Part shown: in pieces, positions 19,639-28,798 of the stretch
How positions within the stretch are numbered: position 1 is the stretch's first letter
Layout: the number at the start of each line of letters is the position of its first letter
NCBI GenBank assembly: GCA_942492505.1
Contig: CALOFD010000027.1
Span: 67,242-131,241, forward strand
Reading direction: 5' to 3'
Length of the DNA stretch: 64,000 nt
Origin: Thermoanaerobaculia bacterium
GTDB lineage: Bacteria; Acidobacteriota; Thermoanaerobaculia; Multivoradales; Multivoraceae
Translations under genes and position numbers: made by a program
Notes under the pieces: model-generated
The model's input: only the letters and a program-made list of their open reading frames with translations
Told to the model about the DNA's origin: nothing
Database searches by the model: none

Positions 19639-21793
19639 AGAGGGTCGCCCGATTCGACGCCTGGCCTGGGAGGGAGCCTGGGCAGAGCTCGTGGGTGAGC
19701 TCGATGTCCCCGCTGCCGAGAGCGAAGTTCAGCGCCTGATCGATCCTGCGTCGGCCACGCGTAGCGTGCACTGGGGCAACAACTACCTCTATGAGGCGCA
19801 GTTGCAGACGACCGACGGCGAAGTTCCGGTGGTGGTGAAGGGTTTTCGCAACCAGGCGCCGGCCGAGCGTCTCCGAAGACGCTGGCGGGGCAGCAAGGCG
19901 ATCCGCTCCTGGAAAACCTCTCTTGCGATGCGGGAGGCCGGCCTGCGCGTTCCGGCTCCGGTCGCCGTCGTCGAATCCGTTCGTTCGGACGGGCCTTCCT
20001 ACTTCATCTGCGAACTCGTTTCAGATGCGATCGAGTCCCGCTATGTCTTCCGCGCCGTCGAGGCGGGAACTCTCGAAGAAGAGTTTCCCGATGTCGACCT
20101 CGAGAGGTTCCTGGCGGCCGTCGGTCGGACTTTGCGGCGGATGCATGATGCCGACTTCTGGCATCGTGATGTGTCGGTCGGCAACGTCCTGCTGGTTGCG
20201 GGCGAGAATCGTCGACGCGACGAGAACATCCTGCTGCTCGATCTGAATCGAACCCGTCGTCGACGCCTCGGTCTCAGTCATCGCATGCGTGACCTCTGTC
20301 GGTTGCCGATCGACGATCCCGGCCTGCAGGAGACTTTGTTGAGCGGCTACTGGGGGGATTCACCGGTTCACGGCCGCTGGTTGTATCGCGCCTACCGCTT
20401 CGGATTCCGTACGAAGCTCGCGGTGAAGGCGCGTTTCAAGGGACTGAGAGCGGCCCTTCGAAGGCTTCGGCCGCGCTCGTACCACGTCCATATCGAACCT
20501 CCCGAGCCCGGAGTCGATCCCCGGGACCGGATCGTCTGGGACCCGCTCTCCGACCAACCGCACCAGCACGCCGGACGACTCGCGAAGATTCGCGTTCGAG
20601 TCGCCGACGCCTGGAGTCATCTCGTGACCCTCGGAGTCGTGGCCAGGTCTCTTCCGGGCAGCCTGGCGCTCTACCGAAAGCTCCACGGAAGGGGGCCGGC
20701 TCTCCCCGTCGAGTGGCCCGAACCGGGCATCGCCCTGGGGTCGGACCACCCCTGGGAGATCGTCGAGAGCCTTCTCGAAGGCCTCGGCAGTCGTCGTGTT
20801 CTGCTTCGGGTTCAGCCCTGGGAGGACATGGGCGACGCCGAATCACTGGCACGGGGCCTTCATGCTGCGGGCTACGAGATGTCCTACGCCCTGCCGCAGA
20901 ATCGGGAGCTGGTGCGGGACCCGAAGCTCTGGAGAGCTCGGCTGGAGGAATTCGCACAGCGATTCCTTCCCTATTCCAGCGACGTGCATGTCGGTCACGC
21001 GATCAATCGTTCCAAGTGGGGTCTGTGGACGTTCGAGGAATACGAGGCCCTGCTGGAGACGGCGGTCGACGTCCTGCGCAAGGACGCCAGGGTTCGCATC
21101 GTGGGTCCCGCGGTCATCGACTTCGAGTTCCACCAGATCGCCAACGCCCTCAACCGGAAGAACCCGGTGCTGTCCTTCGATGCGGTATCGAGTCTCCTCT
21201 ACGTGGATCGCCGGGGAGCTCCGGAGAACACCCAGGTCGGTTTCGACACCGTACGAAAGGTCGAACTGTTCAAGGCGATCGTGGCAGCTTCGCGTCACGG
21301 CGACCGCCCCTGCTGGATCACCGAAGTCAACTGGCCTCTGCAGGAGGGACCCCATTCGCCGGCCGGCAAGGGCGTGGCAGTCGACGAACAGACCCAGGCG
21401 CAGTACCTGGTGCGCTACTACCTGCTGGCCCAGGGAACCGGCCTGGTGGATCGCGTCTACTGGTGGCAACTCGTCTCGCGCGGCTACGGTCTGGTGTCGC
21501 CGACCGACTCCGGCTTCCACCGTCGCCCCTCGTACTTCGCCTTCTCCCGCCTGCTCGCCGAACTCCGAGGCTCGACCCTCACCTCCATCACCACCCCGGA
21601 AAACGGCGTCCACCTCTACCGCTTCGAAATCCCCCAAGGCGGCCAACGAATCGTTGGCTGGTCCGCAGACGGTTCCAGGGACGTCGAGATCGGCTCCCCG
21701 ATCGCAGCCGCCCGCGACCTCCTCGGGGCGCCCGTGGAGGTTCGGGGGGTGACCGCGAGGCTAGGCTCCGCCCCTGTGTATTTAGACATTTGA
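19631..21793 (+). CDS. Fusion protein: N-terminal Kdo/WaaP-type lipopolysaccharide-kinase-like domain plus C-terminal TIM-barrel glycosidase-like domain
   Basis: 720 aa; kinase-like FWHRDVSVGNVLL ... LLLDLNR; C-terminal RPCWITEVNWP (clan-A glycosidase nucleophile-like) and VYWWQL; 8-nt overlap with rng. Confidence 0.6.
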   Translation: MSEEGRPIRRLAWEGAWAELVGELDVPAAESEVQRLIDPASATRSVHWGNNYLYEAQLQTTDGEVPVVVKGFRNQAPAERLRRRWRGSKAIRSWKTSLAMREAGLRVPAPVAVVESVRSDGPSYFICELVSDAIESRYVFRAVEAGTLEEEFPDVDLERFLAAVGRTLRRMHDADFWHRDVSVGNVLLVAGENRRRDENILLLDLNRTRRRRLGLSHRMRDLCRLPIDDPGLQETLLSGYWGDSPVHGRWLYRAYRFGFRTKLAVKARFKGLRAALRRLRPRSYHVHIEPPEPGVDPRDRIVWDPLSDQPHQHAGRLAKIRVRVADAWSHLVTLGVVARSLPGSLALYRKLHGRGPALPVEWPEPGIALGSDHPWEIVESLLEGLGSRRVLLRVQPWEDMGDAESLARGLHAAGYEMSYALPQNRELVRDPKLWRARLEEFAQRFLPYSSDVHVGHAINRSKWGLWTFEEYEALLETAVDVLRKDARVRIVGPAVIDFEFHQIANALNRKNPVLSFDAVSSLLYVDRRGAPENTQVGFDTVRKVELFKAIVAASRHGDRPCWITEVNWPLQEGPHSPAGKGVAVDEQTQAQYLVRYYLLAQGTGLVDRVYWWQLVSRGYGLVSPTDSGFHRRPSYFAFSRLLAELRGSTLTSITTPENGVHLYRFEIPQGGQRIVGWSADGSRDVEIGSPIAAARDLLGAPVEVRGVTARLGSAPVYLDI

Positions 21794-21798
21794 CGGCG

Positions 21799-21843
21799 GC
21801 AACCCTTCGGGTTGCTTGGCAGTTCGCTTCGCGAACTGCTGCC
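21799..21843. terminator. Two tandem GC-rich hairpins between convergent genes
   Basis: GCAACCC-TTC-GGGTTGC (21799-21815) and GGCAGTTCGC-TTC-GCGAACTGC(T)GCC (21818-21843); both have perfect stems and the same TTC loop; no U-tract. Confidence 0.4.
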
Positions 21844-21901
21844 CATTCTGCTGTAGTGGAAGCCGTCGTCTCGGACAGCGGCTGCAGGGCGAACCCGGGC
21901 G

Positions 21902-22219
21902 CTAGTCAAGATCGAAGGGGCGTGCTGGGCGGGTGACCTCACCACCATCGTCGGCTTCTTCGAGCGCCTTCCGGAACTTCTCATCCATCAGGCGATCGCG
22001 GTCTTCGAGGCTGGCCTTTTCGCGCTCGAAGATGTCCTCGGCGCGGCTTCGGCCGTCGCGTTCGGCGCGCATCAGATCGTCGAGGCTCCGGGCGGCTTTG
22101 GGAGGAGCCGAAGGGGGGCGGTGGTGCAGGATCTCGCCGGTTTCCCGGTCGACGATCAGCTCGGACTCGCAGTCCGGGCAGCGGATCCGCAGGGAATCGG
22201 AAGCGCTCATGAGCTTCAT
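21902..22219 (-). CDS. Small hypothetical protein with CxxC...HH zinc-knuckle-like N-terminus and highly charged helical tail
   Basis: MKLMSASDSLRIRCPDCESELIVDRETGEILHH then a Glu/Arg/Asp-rich tail; start assigned to ATG 22219 (22210 also possible); family not recognised. Confidence 0.4.
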   Translation of the reverse strand: MKLMSASDSLRIRCPDCESELIVDRETGEILHHRPPSAPPKAARSLDDLMRAERDGRSRAEDIFEREKASLEDRDRLMDEKFRKALEEADDGGEVTRPARPFDLD

Positions 22220-22284
22220 TGTAGTCGTGGCGAGGCGGCGATCCGAGAGTCCATCTCGCGTATGCTTGAGGTTCTGGAGTTCGC

Positions 22285-23082
22285 TTGGTCGATCCACGTC
22301 ACATTCTGCGCTACCGCGGGCTCCTCGGGGTCCTCACCAGTCGAGAACTCAAGGCCCGCTATCGGGGTTCGGCGCTCGGATTCGTCTGGTCCCTGGTCAA
22401 TCCGCTGCTGCTGCTCGGTGTGTACACGTTCGTCTTCAGTCTCGTGTTCCAGCCCCGCGCCCCGGGAGCGACGCCCTACTCTCTCTTCCTGATCACGGGT
22501 CTCTTTCCCTGGATCTGGATCTCTTCTGCGCTGTTGGAGGGGGCGAGTTCGCTGATCGCCAACAGCGGCCTGATCCGCAAGTCGGTGTTCCCGGTCGAAC
22601 TGTTGCCGCTCGTACCCGTGCTGTCCAACCTGGTCAACTTCCTGCTCTCTCTTCCGGTCATCGCCGGAGGACTCCTGGTCGGACGGTGGTTCGGCAACGA
22701 CGTCGGCGGGGCCGGAGCGATCTGGTTGCCGTTCGTCGTCCTCTTGATGCTGCCGTTTCTTTCCGGGCTGTCGCTGGCACTGGCTGCCCTGACCGTGCAC
22801 TTCAAGGATGTGAGAGACATCGTCACCAACGTCCTCACTCTCGCCTTCTTCCTGACGCCGATCCTCTATACGCTCGATTCCATTCCGTACGCGACCCTGC
22901 GCCGGTCGATTCTCTTGAATCCTTTCTCCCCGTTCATTCTCGGCTTCCGACAGTGCCTGTTCGTCGGCGTTGCGCCGAGCCTCGAGACCTGGGGGCAGAT
23001 GGCTGCCGTTTCCCTGGTGGGATGGCTGATCGGCTCGTGGATCTTCTCGCGCTTGAGCGAGACGCTGGCGGAGGCGGTATGA
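22285..23082 (+). CDS. wzm: ABC-2 type polysaccharide/O-antigen exporter permease
   Basis: 265 aa; LTSRELKARYRGSALGFVWSLVNPLLL signature; six predicted TM segments; 4-nt overlap with the ATPase gene. Confidence 0.85.
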   Translation: MVDPRHILRYRGLLGVLTSRELKARYRGSALGFVWSLVNPLLLLGVYTFVFSLVFQPRAPGATPYSLFLITGLFPWIWISSALLEGASSLIANSGLIRKSVFPVELLPLVPVLSNLVNFLLSLPVIAGGLLVGRWFGNDVGGAGAIWLPFVVLLMLPFLSGLSLALAALTVHFKDVRDIVTNVLTLAFFLTPILYTLDSIPYATLRRSILLNPFSPFILGFRQCLFVGVAPSLETWGQMAAVSLVGWLIGSWIFSRLSETLAEAV

Positions 23083-24440
23083 ACGAGGTCGCGATCGAGG
23101 TCAAGGACCTCTCCAAGCGCTACCGACGGGTCGGGGCCGGATACCCTCTGCGCACCCTGAAGAGCGCGCTCCTCGACCGCAGCCTGGTGCGCGACCTGCG
23201 GCCGGCAGATTCCATTCAGGCGCTGACCTCGGTCTCCTTCGAGGTCCGGCGCGGCGAGGCGTTGGCCCTGATCGGTGGCAACGGTTCGGGGAAGTCGACG
23301 CTGCTGAAAGTCGTTGCCGGAATGATGAAGCCGACCGAGGGAAGCGTGGCCGTGAACGGTCGGGTCGCCGCGCTGATCGAGCTGGGTGCCGGCTTCCATC
23401 CGGAGATCTCGGGCCGCGAGAACGTGTTCATCAACGGCGCGGTGCTCGGATTGACCCGGCGTGAGATCGAGGAGCGCTACGACCGGATCGTCGAGTTCGC
23501 AGGTCTCGCCGACTTCATGGACGAACCGGTGAAGAACTACTCCTCGGGCATGTTCGTCCGGCTGGGTTTCTCGGTCGCGGTTCACACCGATCCGGAGATC
23601 CTGCTCGTCGACGAAGTGCTTTCGGTGGGCGACGAGGCCTTCTCCCATCGCTGTCTTCGCAAGATCGAGGAGTTCCTTGCCGCCGGCGGTACCCTGCTGT
23701 TGGTGAGCCACGAACTGTCGATGGTGGAAGAACTCTGCGACCGGGCCCTGTGGTTGGATCGGGGAGTTCGACAGCTGGTCGGGCGCCCTCGCCAGGTCGC
23801 CGATGCCTATCGGCAGAAGATCGCCGAAGAGGAGTCGGAGGAACACCGTCGCGAGCATCAGGAGACCGAGGACGCAGCCAGGGCCGCGAGTGCCAGGTCT
23901 TCGGCTCCGTCCAGGGAAGGCGAGGCGAAGGACTCCGAGGATGAAGAGGAAGTTCTTCGCTGGGGTTCGGGCTCTGTGGAGATCGAGTCGGTCAGGATCC
24001 TGAACGGGGAGGGGAACGAGGCCTACCACCTGCAGTCGGGAGATGCGGTGAGTTTCGAGATTCGGGCCCGCGCCGACCGGTCGCTCGAAGACTTCGTTTT
24101 CGGCGTTGCCATCTCCACGCCGCGTGGGGTCGAGTGTTGGGGGACCAATACCGATCTCGGCGATCTCGAGCCGGTTCGTTTCCAGGGCCGGGGCTCAGCG
24201 ACGCTGTCGTGTCCGGAGCTGCGGCTGGCGCCGGGCGAGTACTTCGTGGATGCGGCTTGTCACTCGCAGGACGGCGCGCCCTACGACTACCGAAGGAAGG
24301 TGCTTGCATTCACGGTGACGTCGCGTCAGCGGGGCGTGGGCATGTACTTCCCGGTCCACGAATGGACCGCGTCAGGAGGCATCGAGTGGCAGGTGGAGAG
24401 TGAAGAGGAGGAGGAAGCCGATGTCGCCAGCGCAGACTGA
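23079..24440 (+). CDS. wzt: ABC polysaccharide/O-antigen exporter ATPase with C-terminal carbohydrate-binding-type domain
   Basis: 454 aa from ATG 23079; Walker A GGNGSGKST, signature YSSGM, Walker B LLVDEV; C-terminal beta-rich extension WGSGSVEIESVRILNGEG; the 835-aa ORF-track version is an upstream extension. Confidence 0.85.
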   Translation: MNEVAIEVKDLSKRYRRVGAGYPLRTLKSALLDRSLVRDLRPADSIQALTSVSFEVRRGEALALIGGNGSGKSTLLKVVAGMMKPTEGSVAVNGRVAALIELGAGFHPEISGRENVFINGAVLGLTRREIEERYDRIVEFAGLADFMDEPVKNYSSGMFVRLGFSVAVHTDPEILLVDEVLSVGDEAFSHRCLRKIEEFLAAGGTLLLVSHELSMVEELCDRALWLDRGVRQLVGRPRQVADAYRQKIAEEESEEHRREHQETEDAARAASARSSAPSREGEAKDSEDEEEVLRWGSGSVEIESVRILNGEGNEAYHLQSGDAVSFEIRARADRSLEDFVFGVAISTPRGVECWGTNTDLGDLEPVRFQGRGSATLSCPELRLAPGEYFVDAACHSQDGAPYDYRRKVLAFTVTSRQRGVGMYFPVHEWTASGGIEWQVESEEEEEADVASAD

Positions 24441-26226
24441 GAAGGAGTGGAAGGCCGGTCCCTGGGACCTGGGGCAATTGCTCGAGTCGGGTGAGCAGGG
24501 TGTCGTGCAGAAGGCTCTCTCCGAAGTCGAAGAGCAGGTTTCGCGGCTCGAGGCGCGACGCCGCGAACTCGACTCGGCGAATGCCGAAACGGTGTTGTCG
24601 TTCGTTCAGGAGTACGAGGCGATCTCCGAGAACGCTCATCGACTGGCCGCCTACGGTGCGCTTTGGTTCTCGGCCGATACCCAGAGTGAGGACGCCCTCG
24701 CCTTTCGCAACCTCGTCCACCAGCGACTGACGCCGATGCAGAACCGTCTGCTCTTCTTCACGCTGTGGTGGAAGTCGCTCGACGACGATGAAGCCGACCG
24801 GCTGCTGCCCGATGCAGCGACCCATCCCGACCAGCGCTTCTTCCTCGAGGAGCAGCGAAGAGTCCGGGACTTCGCACTCGACGAGGCCGGCGAGCAGCTC
24901 GTGAACCTCAAGGATGCCGATGGCATCGGTGGCCTGCTGACTGTCTACTCGATGCTGACCAACCGTCTGGTCTTCGAACTCGAGGTCGATGGCGAGATGC
25001 GCCAGATGACCCGCGATGAGCTGATGGGGTACGTCCTTTCTTCAGACGCCGGCCAGCGTGAAGCAGCCTATCGGGAGTTCTACTCGGTGTTCGAGAAGGA
25101 AGTGAAGGTCCTGGGGCAGATCTACGTTCATCGAGTCCGCGACTGGTACAACGAGAACGTTTCCCTGCGCGGCTACGAGTCGGCGATCGACGTTCGAAAC
25201 GTGGCCAACGACATTCCATCCGCGGCCGTCGATCGGCTTCTCGAAGTCTCGCGCCGCAATGTCGGCATCTTCCAGCGCTTCTTCAGGCTGAAGGCGAAGT
25301 GGCTGGGGCAGGAGCGCCTGCAGCGCTTCGACCTCTACGCGCCCCTGGCCACCACCGGCGAGCAGATCGCCTACGGCGACGCGGTCGACTCGGTGCTCGA
25401 CACCTTCTCCACCTTCGACCCCGGCTTCGCGGCGGCCGCGAGGACGGTCTTCGACGACGGTCACATCGACAGCGAGATCCGTCGCGGAAAGCGGAGTGGA
25501 GCGTTCTGCGCCACCGTTCTTCCGAGCCTCTCGCCCTGGGTGTTGGTGAACTACGCCGGACGACCGCGCGACGTCGCGACGCTCGCCCACGAGCTCGGCC
25601 ATGCGGTTCACAGTGTGCTGGCTTCCGGACACACCGTTCTCACCCAGAGTGCCTCGCTTCCGTTGGCCGAAACGGCCTCGGTCTTCTCCGAAATGCTGGT
25701 GACGGAACGCCTGATGAAGGAGTGCACCGATCCCCTGGCCCGGCGTGAACTGCTGTCATCCTCGGTCGACGACATCTATGCCACGGTGCTTCGCCAGATC
25801 TTCTTCGTCGCCTTCGAGAAGCAGGCCCATGAGGCAATCCTGGGCGGCGCCCGCCTCGAGGACCTGCACGAACTCTATGAAGCCAATCTCGCCGAGCAGT
25901 TCGGCGACAGCGTCGAAGTGACGAAATGCTTCCGGTACGAGTGGGTCAGCATTCCCCATATCTATTCGACTCCCTTCTACTGCTACGCCTACAGCTTCGG
26001 GCAGCTGCTCGTCCTGGCCCTCTATCGCCGCTACCAGGCCGATCCGGAAGGCTTCAAGCCGGGATACCTGCAACTGCTGGCCCACGGCGGCTCGGCGCGC
26101 CCGCAGGAGATCCTGGCGGAGGCCGACGTCGACATGACCGACGAGCAGTTCTGGCAGGGCGGCTTCGACCTGGTAGCGGAGATGATCGACGATCTCGAGG
26201 CCGAATCCGGCAACGGGTCCGGCTAG
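24421..26226 (+). CDS. pepF: Oligoendopeptidase F family (M3B) zinc metallopeptidase
   Basis: HELGHAVH zinc motif; ATG 24421 follows a GAGGAGGAGGAAG run; overlaps the wzt stop. Confidence 0.85.
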   Translation: MSPAQTEKEWKAGPWDLGQLLESGEQGVVQKALSEVEEQVSRLEARRRELDSANAETVLSFVQEYEAISENAHRLAAYGALWFSADTQSEDALAFRNLVHQRLTPMQNRLLFFTLWWKSLDDDEADRLLPDAATHPDQRFFLEEQRRVRDFALDEAGEQLVNLKDADGIGGLLTVYSMLTNRLVFELEVDGEMRQMTRDELMGYVLSSDAGQREAAYREFYSVFEKEVKVLGQIYVHRVRDWYNENVSLRGYESAIDVRNVANDIPSAAVDRLLEVSRRNVGIFQRFFRLKAKWLGQERLQRFDLYAPLATTGEQIAYGDAVDSVLDTFSTFDPGFAAAARTVFDDGHIDSEIRRGKRSGAFCATVLPSLSPWVLVNYAGRPRDVATLAHELGHAVHSVLASGHTVLTQSASLPLAETASVFSEMLVTERLMKECTDPLARRELLSSSVDDIYATVLRQIFFVAFEKQAHEAILGGARLEDLHELYEANLAEQFGDSVEVTKCFRYEWVSIPHIYSTPFYCYAYSFGQLLVLALYRRYQADPEGFKPGYLQLLAHGGSARPQEILAEADVDMTDEQFWQGGFDLVAEMIDDLEAESGNGSG

Positions 26227-26231
26227 GGCCG

Positions 26232-26693
26232 TCAGTCCTTCTGGACGGACAGCAGTTGGATCTCGAAGACGAGATCCGAATGGGGAGGAATTTCGTCTCC
26301 GGCTCCCTCAGCGCCGTAGCCGAGGTCGGAGGGAATGAAGAGCCTGCGCTTTCCTCCCACTCTCATGCCGATGACCCCTTCTTCCCAACCGGCGATCACC
26401 TGCTTCTTGCCGATCCGAAACGAGAAAGGCTTTCGGGTCTCGAGGCTCGAGTCGAACTGTGTGCCGTCGCTGAGCCAACCGGTGTAATGGACGACCGCTC
26501 TCATTCCCTTCTTCGCTTCGTCGCCCCGGCCGACTTCGAGGTCGACGTAGCTCAACCCCGAGCGGGTGCGGACCCGCTGACCTTCTTCCTCCTGGGCGGC
26601 GACGGCAGGGAGACCGAAAAGGAGAAGGGCGAGGCCGGCGAGGAGAAGCGTGGAGCACGCAACGGTTGCAGGGACAGATCGGGGGTTCGGCAT
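26232..26693 (-). CDS. FKBP-type peptidyl-prolyl cis-trans isomerase, secreted
   Basis: 153 aa; signal peptide; VHYTGWLSDGTQFDSS ... VIAGWEEGVIGMRVGGKRRLFIPSDLGYG. Confidence 0.9.
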   Translation of the reverse strand: MPNPRSVPATVACSTLLLAGLALLLFGLPAVAAQEEEGQRVRTRSGLSYVDLEVGRGDEAKKGMRAVVHYTGWLSDGTQFDSSLETRKPFSFRIGKKQVIAGWEEGVIGMRVGGKRRLFIPSDLGYGAEGAGDEIPPHSDLVFEIQLLSVQKD

Positions 26694-26712
26694 TTCGTCG
26701 CTCCTGTCGGCG

Positions 26713-28488
26713 TCAGCGGTCTACGCGCTGGGACTTCAGGTACATCGAGGTCACGATGTCGTCGTAGCGTTCCAGGACGACGTTCCGCTTGACCTTGAGA
26801 GTCGGCGTGATCTCACCTTCCTCGAGCGAGAGCTCTCTCGAGAGAAGTTTCCAGCGTCGAATGCGCTCGTGATCGGCGACCTGTCGATTGACCTCCGCGA
26901 TCGTCGCCTCGATGCGTTCGAGGATCCGGGGATGCTTGATTCTCTCCTCGGGCTCGAGCTCGGCGAGTTCGGTTGGGAGCTCCTCGAAGTTCGGCACCAG
27001 GAGAGCCGTGAGATAGGGGTAGTTGTCGCCGATGACCACTGCCTGTGCGATGACTCCGTTCGAGGTCAGTCGTTGCTCGAGAGGCTGGGGAGCGATGTTC
27101 TTGCCGCCCGAAGTCACGAGGAGGTCCTTCTTGCGGTCGGTGATCGTCAGGTAGCCGTCCTCGTCGATCTTGCCCACGTCGCCGGTATGGAACCAGCCGT
27201 CCTCGTCGATGGCTTCGCGGGTGGCGTCCTCGTCGTTCCAGTAGCCCTTCATGAGCCCGGGAGTGCGAGCCAGGATCTCACCGTCTTCGGCGATCCTCAG
27301 CTCGACCTCCGGCACCGGGCGGCCGACGGTGCCCCAACGATGTTCACCGGGTCGGTTCAGGCACAGAACCGGCGAGGTCTCGGTCAGGCCGTAGCCCTCG
27401 TAGAGATCCAGCCCGACGGCTTCGAAGAAGCGTCCGACGGCTTCCGGCAGGCCGGCTCCGCCGGTGATCGCGAGCCGGAGTCGCCCTCCGAGCCGTTCAT
27501 GGATCTTGCCGTAGACCAGCCGTTGGGCGATCTTGCGCTGGGCGGCGAGATGGGGTGCGAATCGTCTGTGCCGCTGAGCCTCGGCGTAGCGCTCGCCGGC
27601 CCCGACTCCCCAGCGGAAGATCTTCTGCCTTGCCTGGGGTTCCTTCTCTACGTTTCCGATCACCCGCAGGTAGGCCCGCTCGTAGAGCCGTGGGACCGAT
27701 GCCAGAACGGTCGGCTGGATCTCGATCAGGGCGCGCGCCACGAGTTCGATCGACTGCAGGTAGTGAATCGAGATGCCCTTGTAGAAGAAGATGTTGTCGA
27801 CAGTCCGTTGCAGCACGTGCGACAGCGGCAGGAAGGACAGGCTGGAGTCGGTTTCGTCGATCGGCACCAACCGGGCGCAGATCGTCATGTTCGAAACCAG
27901 GTTGTGGTGGGTCAGCACCACCCCCTTGGGATTGCCTGTGGTGCCGCTGGTGTAGATCAGGCTGGCGACGTCGTCGGGAGCGGGTCGTCCGCGAAAGCTC
28001 TCCGGATCCGAATCGGGCGCCGATGCGAGCAGGTCGTCGAGGCAGAGATCGTGTTCGCACTCGCTCTCGAAGGCGATCGACTGGAGTTCGTGGGAGAGCA
28101 TCGCGCCGGCTTCCTCGAGGATCGCGAGCTTCTTTCGGTTGCTGAAGAAGACGATCCGTGAGCCGCTGTCCTCGAGGATGTAGGCGACCTGGTCGGCGGG
28201 CAGGGTCGGGTAGAGCGGTACCGTGATGGCGCCGAGTAGCTGGCATGCGAACTCGGCGACGTGCCATTCGGGACAGTTCTCCGCGAACAGCGCCACGCGA
28301 TCTCCCGGAACGACACCTCTCTTCTCGAGCACCGAAGCGAGAGCGACGACTCGACCGAACCAGTCCTCGGTCGACCACCAGACGCGCTCTCCCTTGCGCT
28401 TCGAGCTGACCAGGTCGGTGCGGCCCGCCTGCTTCTCGGCGACGTAGAAGGCCAGGTCGGAAAGAGTCTGCGGGTCTTCGAGAGCCAC
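26713..28488 (-). CDS. Long-chain fatty acid--CoA ligase (AMP-dependent synthetase)
   Basis: 591 aa; AMP-binding motifs LIYTSGTTGNPKGVVLTH, GYGLTETS and WFHTGDVGKIDEDGYLTITDRKKD. Confidence 0.85.
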   Translation of the reverse strand: MALEDPQTLSDLAFYVAEKQAGRTDLVSSKRKGERVWWSTEDWFGRVVALASVLEKRGVVPGDRVALFAENCPEWHVAEFACQLLGAITVPLYPTLPADQVAYILEDSGSRIVFFSNRKKLAILEEAGAMLSHELQSIAFESECEHDLCLDDLLASAPDSDPESFRGRPAPDDVASLIYTSGTTGNPKGVVLTHHNLVSNMTICARLVPIDETDSSLSFLPLSHVLQRTVDNIFFYKGISIHYLQSIELVARALIEIQPTVLASVPRLYERAYLRVIGNVEKEPQARQKIFRWGVGAGERYAEAQRHRRFAPHLAAQRKIAQRLVYGKIHERLGGRLRLAITGGAGLPEAVGRFFEAVGLDLYEGYGLTETSPVLCLNRPGEHRWGTVGRPVPEVELRIAEDGEILARTPGLMKGYWNDEDATREAIDEDGWFHTGDVGKIDEDGYLTITDRKKDLLVTSGGKNIAPQPLEQRLTSNGVIAQAVVIGDNYPYLTALLVPNFEELPTELAELEPEERIKHPRILERIEATIAEVNRQVADHERIRRWKLLSRELSLEEGEITPTLKVKRNVVLERYDDIVTSMYLKSQRVDR

Positions 28489-28498
28489 TGGAGTTTCT

Positions 28499-28750
28499 CT
28501 AGTAGATGGATCCGAGGAGGAGTCTGCTGATCAGCTGGATCACCACGAGGGCGAGAATCGGCGAGATGTCGAGACCGCCGAACGTCTCGGGCGGCACGAT
28601 CCTGCGAATCGGGCCGAGCAGGGGTTCCGTCAGCGTGTCCAGGATTCTCACGATGGGATTGCGGGGATCGTGGATGAACCAGGAGAGAAGGGCCCGGACG
28701 ATGATGATTCCAGAATAGAGATTCAGGAGCTGAACGAGCACGAGAATCAT
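28499..28750 (-). CDS. yggT: YggT family membrane protein
   Basis: 83 aa; IIVRALLSWF...NPIVRILDTLTEPLLGPIRRIVP pattern. Confidence 0.8.
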   Translation of the reverse strand: MILVLVQLLNLYSGIIIVRALLSWFIHDPRNPIVRILDTLTEPLLGPIRRIVPPETFGGLDISPILALVVIQLISRLLLGSIY

Positions 28751-28798
28751 CGCATTCGGGACCGGTTGGGAACGCGAAACCCTACCACGCCAAGGGGT

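Noticed and set aside
21933-24440. 835-aa ORF as one protein
   Set aside because: The N-terminal 382 codons are Arg/Ser/Pro-rich and overlap both the wzm permease (different frame) and the antisense small gene. The ABC ATPase homology begins exactly at ATG 23079, which overlaps the wzm stop.
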